A stretch of 39,103 nucleotides of DNA, from the IMG/VR virus record IMGVR_UViG_3300006105_000045, positions 1-39,103 of that record; one strand, given 5' to 3'. The DNA comes from a virus (Duplodnaviria > Caudoviricetes). A program made the position numbers and the translations under genes. Positions 1-8,170 of the stretch are shown one piece after another (position 1 is the stretch's first letter; every line of letters begins with the position of its first letter). Below the pieces are notes generated by a model. It was not told the origin of the DNA and searched no databases. It was given only the letters and a program-made list of their open reading frames with translations.

Positions 1-27
1 ATTCTCCATTTCATAATCTATAAAACT

Positions 28-56
28 ATTATACCCGAAACTTGAATTTTCGTCAA
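28..56 (-). promoter_or_regulatory. sigma70-type promoter
   Basis: Minus strand reads TTGACG-17 nt-TATAAT in the intergenic gap after the 113-aa ORF, pointing out of the left end of the window. Confidence 0.8.
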
Positions 57-69
57 GTAAGTATTGCAA

Positions 70-411
70 TTATCGAGAGACAGAAAGTTCTGCATCTGGT
101 GTATCCCAGCAAGCATTGCGATACTTGTAAACAAAATCAACCAATCCTTCGTAAGTTCCCCATCCATTTTCTGGATTAAACTTTTTGAATTTCTCTGGAT
201 CTGACAATAGAATATTGAATCCCTCATCAAGCATATCAACAATGTCTTCGGCAGTTTTCCAGCCATGTTCGTCTGGACGCCAAAGAGCCTGATATAATGT
301 TTTACCATTACTCAGAACAACTTCCCTAGCCATAGCACCTAAGTTGTGTGTAATGTTAGCACTATACACTGAGGATGGTTGAACAACCATCAAATATACA
401 TCTAAACTCAT
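70..411 (-). CDS. hypothetical phage protein (113 aa)
   Basis: ORF overlaps the ligase stop (ATGA coupling); contains an 'FNPENGWGTYEG' motif; function not recognised. Confidence 0.75.
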   Translation of the reverse strand: MSLDVYLMVVQPSSVYSANITHNLGAMAREVVLSNGKTLYQALWRPDEHGWKTAEDIVDMLDEGFNILLSDPEKFKKFNPENGWGTYEGLVDFVYKYRNACWDTPDAELSVSR

Positions 412-1715
412 TTTATTTCCTTAGAATCATCCGCGATATCTTTGTCTTCCCGTAGTTCGACAAATACAGGGAGGAACAAACTTTCTTCACCAGCTTTATT
501 TTTAATTCGAGCATTATATTTGATTGCGACAATCTTACCAAGAAGATCTTTCTCTTTATATGTCTTACGATGCGTGTCATTGAATCCACTTCCTACATTA
601 ACTTTGACAATACCATCGGCAGACTCGCAGATTATTGCACCCAGCCAATCAGGTTTCTTTTTGTGTGGCTCAGTACCAACGATCTTTAGATCACATTCGA
701 GTTCGCCTTTGAACTTAATTTGGTGCTTTGCTCGTTTATCTTCCCAAACACCTGAGCCATCTTTCAAGATGATACCTTCCAAACCTTCGGAAAGATATCC
801 CTCGAAAATTTCTGTAGCTTCCTCCAGTGTGTTTACAATATTACTTGTAACCAACCAGACTCGCTTGTTTTTCGATTTAATTTTATCTACCATAATTTTC
901 AACTTGGCGAACCGAGTTGCGTATGGCACATCACTGTAACAGTCAGTAAAAAACACATAAGGTAGCATATCCCATACTGTTGCATGAATTAGCCCTGCTT
1001 CGGTTGCTGAAATTGTGCCCTTGTTTGCTTTGTTGAGGATTCCATTGCCAGTCTGGCGATCAGCAAACTGACTATCGCCATCAAACATAACCATGAGTTC
1101 ACCATCAAAAACATAATCGCCACCATCAGCCATTTTAAGGAATTGATCATCTAAGTTCCCCAACAAGTTTAATTCTTTACCATTACGACTACGATACTCA
1201 ACGGCACCATCCTTGACGATAGCATTGAAACGCATACCATCCATCTTCAACTGCGCATAGGCAGGGAATTTAATTTTATCAACCAACTTCTGTTCGTAAC
1301 CTGAGCAAAGCATAACAGGATACTCACGAATAAGTCCTGGCCAAACTGCATTGGCTGTTGAAATAGAAACACCACACTTCAAATCTTTAGAGATGATACG
1401 CTCAATAACCTTTGCGTCATCGGCAGATACTTTCTCAAGCAATTCAGTAAGATGATCAATCGCAGCATTGCCAGTGACCAAACGATTACACAATTTATAC
1501 AACCATGGGAATGCATCTTTCAGATTAAGATTTACGCTTGTTGTGTTTGGTGTGTAAGCTGGGATCTTGCGAATGTAAAAGTTCGTGAAAGGATCAAGAG
1601 CCAAACTAATAACATTACGAAGAGTTTCGTTATTGACATTTGTCTTCAACAAATCAAGTTTATAATTACGAGAGTTGTTTGAAGCAAGGTCGTTGAAAAA
1701 ATTATTCAAATTCAT
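408..1715 (-). CDS. 30: ATP-dependent DNA ligase (T4 gp30-like)
   Basis: KMDGMR adenylation motif, FDGEL, EGIILK, and an OB domain with VNVGSGF and SLFLPVFVELREDK. Confidence 0.96.
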   Translation of the reverse strand: MNLNNFFNDLASNNSRNYKLDLLKTNVNNETLRNVISLALDPFTNFYIRKIPAYTPNTTSVNLNLKDAFPWLYKLCNRLVTGNAAIDHLTELLEKVSADDAKVIERIISKDLKCGVSISTANAVWPGLIREYPVMLCSGYEQKLVDKIKFPAYAQLKMDGMRFNAIVKDGAVEYRSRNGKELNLLGNLDDQFLKMADGGDYVFDGELMVMFDGDSQFADRQTGNGILNKANKGTISATEAGLIHATVWDMLPYVFFTDCYSDVPYATRFAKLKIMVDKIKSKNKRVWLVTSNIVNTLEEATEIFEGYLSEGLEGIILKDGSGVWEDKRAKHQIKFKGELECDLKIVGTEPHKKKPDWLGAIICESADGIVKVNVGSGFNDTHRKTYKEKDLLGKIVAIKYNARIKNKAGEESLFLPVFVELREDKDIADDSKEIK

Positions 1716-1842
1716 GGCTCATCACTTTCTTAATTCGTTTATACGCTTTCTTACTCAACACAACTTTCATTCTATATTTTGGTGTACGCAAATCCCTTGC
1801 TATCGGATCACGAACCTTCTTCAATTTCAAAACAATCTTCAT
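1702..1842 (-). CDS. small basic protein, ArfA-like (46 aa)
   Basis: Likely true start of the 1702..2091 frame: GGAGGT SD then ATG at 1842. Sequence MKIVLKLKKVRDPIARDLRTPKYRMKVVLSKKAYKRIKKVMSHEFE. The ORF is well supported; the function is tentative. Confidence 0.6.
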   Translation of the reverse strand: MKIVLKLKKVRDPIARDLRTPKYRMKVVLSKKAYKRIKKVMSHEFE

Positions 1843-1843
1843 A

Positions 1844-2191
1844 CTACCTCCGCATTGATGCAATCGCAACAGCTTCCTCATCACTAAAAACAGGCACGGC
1901 ATTACTTTTATGCATAGTACCGATACCTTTGATTTTGTCGCCAGTATAAACTGGATTGGCTTTCTTGAAACATGGACCACCAGTAAATGGAAGACTTGGT
2001 ATCTTAGGTGTCTCACGACAAGCAGGTTTACCAAGGAAGTCTGACTCACTGAGTTTCTTGTGCGTGGGCGCAGTCGAAGTCTTCGTGGCATACTTCTTTA
2101 AAAGGTTTTCCCAATCTTCGCGCAACTTGCGTGCTTTCGCATCAGGTTTACGCTTTTTAGATTTACCCAACGACGCATGAATCATTTGCAT
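1844..2191 (-). CDS. conserved hypothetical phage protein (115 aa)
   Basis: Basic protein with C-terminal YTGxxxxGIGTMHKSNAVPVF motif familiar from T4-like phages; lies directly downstream of a consensus promoter. Confidence 0.8.
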   Translation of the reverse strand: MQMIHASLGKSKKRKPDAKARKLREDWENLLKKYATKTSTAPTHKKLSESDFLGKPACRETPKIPSLPFTGGPCFKKANPVYTGDKIKGIGTMHKSNAVPVFSDEEAVAIASMRR

Positions 2192-2223
2192 AAAAATCCT
2201 TACTTTTTCAAGTCAATAGAATA

Positions 2224-2252
2224 ATTATACCTAATTTCTGAATTATTGTCAA
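2224..2252 (-). promoter_or_regulatory. perfect-consensus sigma70 promoter
   Basis: Minus strand TTGACA-ATAATTCAGAAATTAGG (17 nt)-TATAAT. Confidence 0.9.
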
Positions 2253-2254
2253 GC

Positions 2255-2281
2255 AAAAAAATGCCCCACGCTGGGTGGGGC
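2255..2281 (-). terminator. Rho-independent terminator
   Basis: Minus strand GCCCCAC-CCAGC-GTGGGGC followed by ATTTTTTT. Confidence 0.88.
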
Positions 2282-2303
2282 TTGCAGGAGGAGTAATAAC
2301 CCT

Positions 2304-2483
2304 TTACTCTGTAGGGGTATCGTTTCGACGACCTTTTTCTTTTGGTGGTGGAGCTTTTTTGGCTTCCAACTCAGCGTCAATCATCAGACGAATGAACGCT
2401 CCACGCTCATGTGGGTTTACAAAAGAAGCTGCCATACGCTTGGCGCTTTTACTCAATACAAAATTCTTGTCAGGTTTATTCAT
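2304..2483 (-). CDS. small hypothetical protein (59 aa; not in ORF track)
   Basis: Manual translation MNKPDKNFVLSKSAKRMAASFVNPHERGAFIRLMIDAELEAKKAPPPKEKGRRNDTPTE*; GGAG SD; overlaps the end of the upstream gene. Confidence 0.75.
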   Translation of the reverse strand: MNKPDKNFVLSKSAKRMAASFVNPHERGAFIRLMIDAELEAKKAPPPKEKGRRNDTPTE

Positions 2484-3123
2484 GATTCTCCATTAATTGA
2501 TTTACAAAATTTAACAACAACTTGTGATGCCTTCCGTTATGATACTTACCTTTCATCCAAGAGTAACTATCATACCAAAACTGTTCGCTCTCTGGGTGGC
2601 AACCAATCAACCCTATGTTATCTTGAACGATAGCCATTGGGTAATCAGTTGAATACTTAGCCACTGTATCGTAGCGACCATTACCTTTAAATGTTGGTCC
2701 ATCATAGAAAAACATTTTGTCTTCTACACCCAACCAGTCTATTGGTATATTTTTAGCATGAGGTCTGCGAGTGCAGGTATTTGGTTGTTTAATGTACTGA
2801 ACAACTTCAACACCATCGAGAATATTCAGATAGTGTTTACCTGCCCAATACGCACCCATACATATACCAATATACTTCCCACCTCTGCTTACAAAATTTC
2901 TTACTGAATCAACATTAGATTTAAGCAAGGTATCAAAAGAGTCAGAGTCACCAAATCCACCAGGAAACGCAACTGCGTCAACTGTGTTGAAGAAACCATC
3001 TTCCATTTCATTTTTGGAAAATAGTTTAAACTTATAGTGTGGGGAGAGAGCACTTATGATACCATTGCTTGACTGTACTGAACATTTAGGATCAGCAACA
3101 AATAAAGCAATGGTGGGTTTCAT
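2476..3123 (-). CDS. BPL_N-like class I glutamine amidotransferase-fold protein
   Basis: FPGG, GGKYIGICMGAY (nucleophile-elbow Cys) and HPE (Cys-His-Glu triad). Confidence 0.8.
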   Translation of the reverse strand: MKPTIALFVADPKCSVQSSNGIISALSPHYKFKLFSKNEMEDGFFNTVDAVAFPGGFGDSDSFDTLLKSNVDSVRNFVSRGGKYIGICMGAYWAGKHYLNILDGVEVVQYIKQPNTCTRRPHAKNIPIDWLGVEDKMFFYDGPTFKGNGRYDTVAKYSTDYPMAIVQDNIGLIGCHPESEQFWYDSYSWMKGKYHNGRHHKLLLNFVNQLMENHE

Positions 3124-3124
3124 T

Positions 3125-3238
3125 TTATAGGAAAGAGTTAATCCATAACAACAACAAGATAATCCACAAAATTCTCTGTATATTATCTAATGTACGCTCA
3201 TAATTATCTAACCATGATTTGTTTTTTAATTCATTCAT
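3125..3238 (-). CDS. small membrane protein (37 aa; not in ORF track)
   Basis: MNELKNKSWLDNYERTLDNIQRILWIILLLLWINSFL*; ATGA overlap with the upstream ORF; hydrophobic C-terminus. Confidence 0.6.
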   Translation of the reverse strand: MNELKNKSWLDNYERTLDNIQRILWIILLLLWINSFL

Positions 3239-3378
3239 TTTTTATCTTTAGTTACTACTGGTTGTTCGACTGCTGGTGGTTCAACATATTTGTCCCAGAC
3301 AATATTGCCTGCGTTCCAACCAAACACAGTGAAAAACCCTGCCACAATGGCACCTACTGTCAATTCAAGTATACCCAT
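3235..3378 (-). CDS. small membrane protein (47 aa; not in ORF track)
   Basis: MGILELTVGAIVAGFFTVFGWNAGNIVWDKYVEPPAVEQPVVTKDKK*; AAGGA SD upstream. Confidence 0.7.
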   Translation of the reverse strand: MGILELTVGAIVAGFFTVFGWNAGNIVWDKYVEPPAVEQPVVTKDKK

Positions 3379-3394
3379 AACGAAAAATCCTTAT

Positions 3395-3628
3395 TTACAT
3401 AGTTGCCGAAATTAAAATATTTGCTGCTTCAACGATATAGCGCATAGCAACTTCATCGTTAGCCAACTCTTGAGCTGCTTTCACTTCAGCTACTTGTTGA
3501 ACGAGAAATTGATACTCGTCTTTATTCAATTGACCAGAACTAAACTGATCGGCGAGAACTAATAATTCATTTGCCAATCCAGAAGCTGGTCCACCCATTC
3601 CTGCGGTTTCTCTTAAACTTTCTAACAT
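3395..3628 (-). CDS. hypothetical helical protein (77 aa)
   Basis: Likely start at MLESLRE (TAATG coupling with the lipoprotein stop); the ORF track extends to 3643. Confidence 0.7.
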   Translation of the reverse strand: MLESLRETAGMGGPASGLANELLVLADQFSSGQLNKDEYQFLVQQVAEVKAAQELANDEVAMRYIVEAANILISATM

Positions 3629-3966
3629 TATCTTCCCTTCCATGCATCAGCTACGACATCGATGCGAGTTTTGTTTATCTTCAAGACAGACTCGCAGAAT
3701 AACTTATTGCTGGAATCTCTCGCTTTACCCAATGCTTCCTCTAGCTGAGAAATTGATGTAGCTTGAGGATCGTTTCTCAATTCTGAGTATACCTTAAGAG
3801 TGTGGACTTTGTCAAGTGCTGCATTCCAATTCTTGTCATCGCAGGATAGTTTATCCACTGAAATCTTAACATCAACCAAATTCCCAAACATAACTGGATC
3901 GTGGTCTCTTGGCAGTAAAGAACAGCCACTTGCAAATAATACTGCAATTAAAATTAACTTTTTCAT
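3628..3966 (-). CDS. putative lipoprotein (112 aa)
   Basis: MKKLILIAVLFASG-C lipobox-type signal; two further Cys. Confidence 0.75.
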   Translation of the reverse strand: MKKLILIAVLFASGCSLLPRDHDPVMFGNLVDVKISVDKLSCDDKNWNAALDKVHTLKVYSELRNDPQATSISQLEEALGKARDSSNKLFCESVLKINKTRIDVVADAWKGR

Positions 3967-3974
3967 AATATTCC

Positions 3975-4283
3975 TTAGACAGTAAAACTACTACCACAAC
4001 CACAAGTATTAGTTGCGTTTGGGTTTGATACTTTAAAACTAGATCCCATTAATTCTTGCACATAATCAATAGTTGCTCCAATCAAATATTGCATTGACAT
4101 TGAATCTACCAACACATTTTCTATAACAAAATCGTCTTCCTGTTTTTCTTCTTCAAGAGTAAATCCATAGGAAAATCCTGAGCAACCACCACCTTGAACA
4201 AAAGCACGGATATACGGCAGTTGTTCTTCAGCCAGTATATCTGTAATTTTCTCTTTTGCTGCTGGTGTTAGTGTTAATTCCAT
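3975..4283 (-). CDS. erpA: A-type Fe-S cluster carrier protein (IscA/ErpA/HesB family)
   Basis: GGGCSGFSYGF, VDSMSMQYLIGATIDY and NPNATNTCGCGSSF signatures. Confidence 0.92.
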   Translation of the reverse strand: MELTLTPAAKEKITDILAEEQLPYIRAFVQGGGCSGFSYGFTLEEEKQEDDFVIENVLVDSMSMQYLIGATIDYVQELMGSSFKVSNPNATNTCGCGSSFTV

Positions 4284-4284
4284 A

Positions 4285-4452
4285 CTATTGCTGTTGGTTT
4301 TGTGGTGTAGTTGGTTGTTCTGGCGCTGGTGTTGCAGTTTGTGCTGGAGCTATCTCAGCTTCAACTTTTGCTACCTCAGCTTCAACAGCTGGTTTTTGAC
4401 CAAGAAAATAACCAAGAACCAAACCTACTATTAATCCAATGATAAGTAACAT
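4285..4452 (-). CDS. small single-pass membrane protein (55 aa; not in ORF track)
   Basis: AGGAGA SD; MLLIIGLIVGLVLGYFLGQKPAVEAEVAKVEAEIAPAQTATPAPEQPTTPQNQQQ*. Confidence 0.75.
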   Translation of the reverse strand: MLLIIGLIVGLVLGYFLGQKPAVEAEVAKVEAEIAPAQTATPAPEQPTTPQNQQQ

Positions 4453-4507
4453 TTCTATCTCCTAATAATTAAAAGAAAACTTTCATGTAGAATGTTCGTC
4501 AATAACC

Positions 4508-4660
4508 CTATTTAGTTTGTTTTAAATCTAAGTATGTATGTCTACTACATGTTTTAAGATAAGAAACAGTGTTACCAATTTCAGAGTATACCTGTCTCCA
4601 GCCTTTACATCCAGAGACAGGGCAAACAGGTCTGTTCAAATAATCTGGTTTAGAGATCAT
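4508..4660 (-). CDS. small Cys/His protein, possible Zn finger (50 aa; not in ORF track)
   Basis: MISKPDYLNRPVCPVSGCKGWRQVYSEIGNTVSYLKTCSRHTYLDLKQTK*; TAATG coupling; C-x4-C...C-x2-H. Confidence 0.6.
   Translation of the reverse strand: MISKPDYLNRPVCPVSGCKGWRQVYSEIGNTVSYLKTCSRHTYLDLKQTK
4509..4516 (-). promoter_or_regulatory. T4-like late promoter candidate
   Basis: ACTAAATA, a variant of T4 TATAAATA, upstream of the 4452 start. Confidence 0.45.
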
Positions 4661-5157
4661 TAGCGAGCCAATGGGTTATCCAATGCCTTTTGAATTTTAT
4701 TATCTACATCTTTACCAAGTTGTTTCAGATCCTTACGAACATCTTGAACATCCTGTTGGGTTTCACGCTGAGTTTGTTTAGCGCTACGCTCGACTTGATC
4801 AATCTGATCGCCTTGACGACGAATGTCTGCTTTCAAATCGTTTTTAATGTTATTAACATACTCAACTTCTTGTTGACTATTTTTCTCAATAACAGCAAGA
4901 CGCTTGTCAAACTCAGATAAGTCTGGAGCAACATACTTAGTGATCTTGGTCTTCATATCTTGATAGTCTTTATATACTTCAAACGCACCATACAAACCAC
5001 CAAGAATTGATGATACTAATGTGAACGCAACCATCAATTTCGCTGGAGTAAATTCATATCCACCGATGCTGATAACTGTGTCTTTACTTGCGTATTTCTT
5101 TACTGCTTCTTCTGCATTGTCAATAGCAGCGTTTACATCTTTGATTTCTTCTGGCAT
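4660..5157 (-). CDS. membrane-anchored coiled-coil protein (165 aa)
   Basis: One TM segment (LMVAFTLVSSILGGLYGAF) followed by a heptad-like coiled coil ending KIQKALDNPL. Confidence 0.8.
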   Translation of the reverse strand: MPEEIKDVNAAIDNAEEAVKKYASKDTVISIGGYEFTPAKLMVAFTLVSSILGGLYGAFEVYKDYQDMKTKITKYVAPDLSEFDKRLAVIEKNSQQEVEYVNNIKNDLKADIRRQGDQIDQVERSAKQTQRETQQDVQDVRKDLKQLGKDVDNKIQKALDNPLAR

Positions 5158-5158
5158 T

Positions 5159-5269
5159 TTAATTTCCTTTTAAAAATTCTTTAATAGTATCTACTAGCAT
5201 TACTCCAAACAAGAAAGTAATGCCAATAATTTGTAATTTTAAAAACTGCATGCAAATATCCATGTACAT
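5159..5269 (-). CDS. small membrane protein (36 aa; not in ORF track)
   Basis: MYMDICMQFLKLQIIGITFLFGVMLVDTIKEFLKGN*; fills the intergenic gap exactly. Confidence 0.55.
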   Translation of the reverse strand: MYMDICMQFLKLQIIGITFLFGVMLVDTIKEFLKGN

Positions 5270-5270
5270 T

Positions 5271-7508
5271 TTAATTTCCTCTGTTGTATTGGGATTCTAC
5301 CATTTCATTATGTAATGAATCAGTCGGACCAAACAACCCACGACCTAATCTTCTATTATCCACTGTTTGTTGATTTTTATATATTGAAACAGGTGGATAA
5401 AATGGAGTTTGAGTAATTAACTGTTGGCTATAAACATCAAATCCAGGTTTAAATGCCATTGCTTGAATTACTACAGTTTGCATTTGTTTCTGGGCTTCCA
5501 TGTTAGACGCTTTGCCCATTTCGTTAGCCAAGTTCTTAGCATTAGCTGCTGCTTCTTTCTTCGCAGCCTCTGCTTTTCTTTCTGCGATTTCTTGACGAGC
5601 AGTTTTAGGTTGATCTTTATTACCATCCTGTTGGCTACCACCAGCCATTTGACTTGGACCTGCTGGTTTATCGCCATCAGATTTCTTATCATCCTGTTTC
5701 TTATCGCCAGAACCACCACTTGGTTTATCGTCAGATTTTTTATCGCTCGATCCAGATGCCTGCTGCGCTGGAGCAGCAGGAGTTGGGGCTGCTGGCGCTG
5801 GCGCTTGAGCTACCAACTGAACTGGAGCAGCTGGCGCTGCAGCTGGCGCTGCCGAAGCTACTGGAGCAGCGATGGCTTTATCAACAGTAGTATTACCAGT
5901 TGCTGATGGTGTAGTAGTAACAGTACCAGTAGAACTAACAGTAGGTGTAACTGAACCAACAGTTGTAGTTGTTGACGATGTCGTTGTCGGTGTTGTAGTT
6001 TGAGTAGTTGTAGTTGGAGATGTAGTTGCAACTACTCCTGCCGTAGCTACTGTTGATGCCATGTTCTGTTGTTGTAACAACTGTTGAGTAGCATAAGCAG
6101 TTGAATAGTTTGGACACTGCTGACTGTATAATCCATTCAAAGAACATTGTTGATTGAAGTATGCTTGAGCATAACCAGTACAATCAGTCGCATACAGCGG
6201 ATTAGCATTACACTGTTGATTGTGGTACGCTTGAGCATAACCAGTACAATCTGTTGCGTATAGTGGATTTATACTACACTGTTGATTGTGATAGGCAACT
6301 GCATATCCACTGCAGTCTGTAGCATACAATGGGTTAATTGTACACTGTTGGTCGTGATACGCTTGGGCATATCCTTGACATGTTGTTGAGTATAGTGGGT
6401 TCGCATCGCACTGTTGTTGTAAATAAGCAGCAGCATATCCTGGACAATCAGTAGCGTATAAACTATTCAATGAACATTGTTGATCATGATACGCTTGAGA
6501 ATATCCAGAACAACTTGTTGAAAACAATGGATTAACTGAACACTGCTGATTGGTGTAAGCTACAGCATATCCAGGACAAGATGGATTATATAATGCGCTT
6601 GCCGAACACTGTTGAGTAAAATATGCTACTTGATATCCAGGACAAGATGGACTAAACAATTGGTTTATATTACATTGTTGAGTAGTATATGCTGCTTGAT
6701 ATCCAGGACAAGTTGTAGAAGACAGAGGGTTTGCAGTACACGCATCGAAAGAACCACTGGTTCCCCATGTTACTGGATTGGATGTTGGTACATTAAATCC
6801 TTGACCATGATAGTACTGAAAATATTGACCTTGAGACAAATCACCAGTCATACCAGCAGTTACTGTATGATTTGTTGAAACAAATGCGCCACCATAACGA
6901 ACATTCATTTGTCCATTAGAGTTAATGTTTACTTCAAAACTACTTTGATTATTTGTTCCGTACTCTCTGGTGTTATACCAACCATAAGTGGCAGAAGTTC
7001 CATTTTGTAAAAACCAAGTAGCCTGACCAGTTGTATCTATCAAGTCAGTCCACAGTGGAGCAATCATGTAGTTGTAAATTGAATTTCGTGTTCCTTGATT
7101 CGCAAGTCCAGATAAATCTTGACCAGAACAGCAACCAGCACCTGGAATATTACCAGTGGTAAAACTAACAATACCATTAGAATACATCCAAGAGTTATTG
7201 AAAGATTGACCCCAAAACGGAAAACTAAAATTAAGCGGAACATTCTGAGAACTATCATCACCCAACTGTAAATGTTGAGCTGCGCTATTACCAGCAATAT
7301 TCTGTAAAGGTAAAGCAGCTGAGCCAGTACCAACAGAAACAGTTAATCCTGATTGACCAATAGGAATACCAACGAGTGTTCCTGTTCCACCATTTACTGG
7401 TGTTACTGTCATTCCTTGTGGATTAAATGTTACCTGTGCATGAGCACGATCGCAGTTTGATAACCCTGCTATCAATATGGCAGAGACAAATACTGCTAGG
7501 AGTTTCAT
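5271..7508 (-). CDS. secreted protein: NIDO-like domain, Cys-rich repeats, Thr/Ala/Pro linker (745 aa)
   Basis: Signal peptide ending AHA-Q; NIDO-like motifs (LGDD...VPLNFSFPFWG...SNGIVSF...IAPLWTDL); ten 22-aa repeats; low-complexity stalk. Confidence 0.8.
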   Translation of the reverse strand: MKLLAVFVSAILIAGLSNCDRAHAQVTFNPQGMTVTPVNGGTGTLVGIPIGQSGLTVSVGTGSAALPLQNIAGNSAAQHLQLGDDSSQNVPLNFSFPFWGQSFNNSWMYSNGIVSFTTGNIPGAGCCSGQDLSGLANQGTRNSIYNYMIAPLWTDLIDTTGQATWFLQNGTSATYGWYNTREYGTNNQSSFEVNINSNGQMNVRYGGAFVSTNHTVTAGMTGDLSQGQYFQYYHGQGFNVPTSNPVTWGTSGSFDACTANPLSSTTCPGYQAAYTTQQCNINQLFSPSCPGYQVAYFTQQCSASALYNPSCPGYAVAYTNQQCSVNPLFSTSCSGYSQAYHDQQCSLNSLYATDCPGYAAAYLQQQCDANPLYSTTCQGYAQAYHDQQCTINPLYATDCSGYAVAYHNQQCSINPLYATDCTGYAQAYHNQQCNANPLYATDCTGYAQAYFNQQCSLNGLYSQQCPNYSTAYATQQLLQQQNMASTVATAGVVATTSPTTTTQTTTPTTTSSTTTTVGSVTPTVSSTGTVTTTPSATGNTTVDKAIAAPVASAAPAAAPAAPVQLVAQAPAPAAPTPAAPAQQASGSSDKKSDDKPSGGSGDKKQDDKKSDGDKPAGPSQMAGGSQQDGNKDQPKTARQEIAERKAEAAKKEAAANAKNLANEMGKASNMEAQKQMQTVVIQAMAFKPGFDVYSQQLITQTPFYPPVSIYKNQQTVDNRRLGRGLFGPTDSLHNEMVESQYNRGN
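6081..6740 (-). repeat. 10 x 66-bp in-frame tandem repeat (C-x9-C-x-GY-x2-AY-x2-QQ)
   Basis: Units such as CSINPLYATDCTGYAQAYHNQQ; exact 66-nt period; units 7-9 are nearly identical. Confidence 0.92.
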
Positions 7509-8068
7509 TACTCTTTACTCTTGATTTTTTGTGGCTGGCGATCAGGATTGTTTTCCCAAATCTCTTTGGCTTGCTCGCCGATTTTACCATCAATTGGGCA
7601 AGGAGTACCAGCATTCAACATCGCTGAGAATACACGCTCGTCTTGACACATGATAGCAACTGCAGCAACTTTCATACCCATGTCATAAACACCACGAGCA
7701 AGTTTTAATCGCTCGCAGTTTCTATCTGTGGTTGTGCCACCGAAAGAGATACCTAAGATTTGAGTTTGAGCAGCACCTGAATATCCAACGGCACAAACAT
7801 CAGAGTTGATGATTGTTACTGCTGGAGCAACTGCTGTTGGAGGAGGAGAGATAACTTTAGTAGTTGTGCTACCATTAGTTGTGGTAGTACTATTGCTGTT
7901 ACTATTGCTATTTTGTGTACTAATGCTAGAGCTTGTACTATCGCTAGTCGATTGAGTGATGATTGGATCAACTGCCCATACATTTGCCGACAGTAGCATT
8001 CCAGCGACTGTTAGCATTGCGCATAATTTTCTCGGAAACACGCCAATTCCTGTTAAACTCTTTGCCAT
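7508..8068 (-). CDS. conserved secreted Cys-containing phage protein
   Basis: Likely start MAKSL at 8068 (AAGGA upstream); signal peptide ending VWA-V; Ser/Thr linker; SPPP...C...C..LKL...MGMKVAAV..MC...AGTPCP core. Confidence 0.8.
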   Translation of the reverse strand: MAKSLTGIGVFPRKLCAMLTVAGMLLSANVWAVDPIITQSTSDSTSSSISTQNSNSNSNSTTTTNGSTTTKVISPPPTAVAPAVTIINSDVCAVGYSGAAQTQILGISFGGTTTDRNCERLKLARGVYDMGMKVAAVAIMCQDERVFSAMLNAGTPCPIDGKIGEQAKEIWENNPDRQPQKIKSKE

Positions 8069-8170
8069 TTTCTTTCTTTCCTTATGCCACATTCTTGTGG
8101 TCTGTTATTGTTTTATACAACTATAACAAGATTCAGAATATACTACACGAAAGTCGAATGTAAATCGAGA

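Noticed and set aside
1843-2091. N-terminal extension of the 129-aa ORF 1702..2091
   Set aside because: It overlaps the conserved 115-aa gene out of frame; a strong SD and ATG at 1842 give a better start.
4354-4386. 12-bp direct repeat CTCAGCTTCAAC
   Set aside because: It simply encodes VEAE twice within a small membrane-protein ORF; there is no sign of an att site or target-site duplication.
6081-6740. Regular repeat array as a CRISPR array or DGR template
   Set aside because: The repeats are degenerate, in-frame and coding, with no constant repeat/unique spacer structure, and no cas or reverse transcriptase gene is present.
8137-8164. Possible sigma70 promoter TTTACA-16 nt-TATATT upstream of the secreted-protein genes
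   Set aside because: Both boxes are imperfect with a short spacer in AT-rich DNA; plausible but too weak to call.
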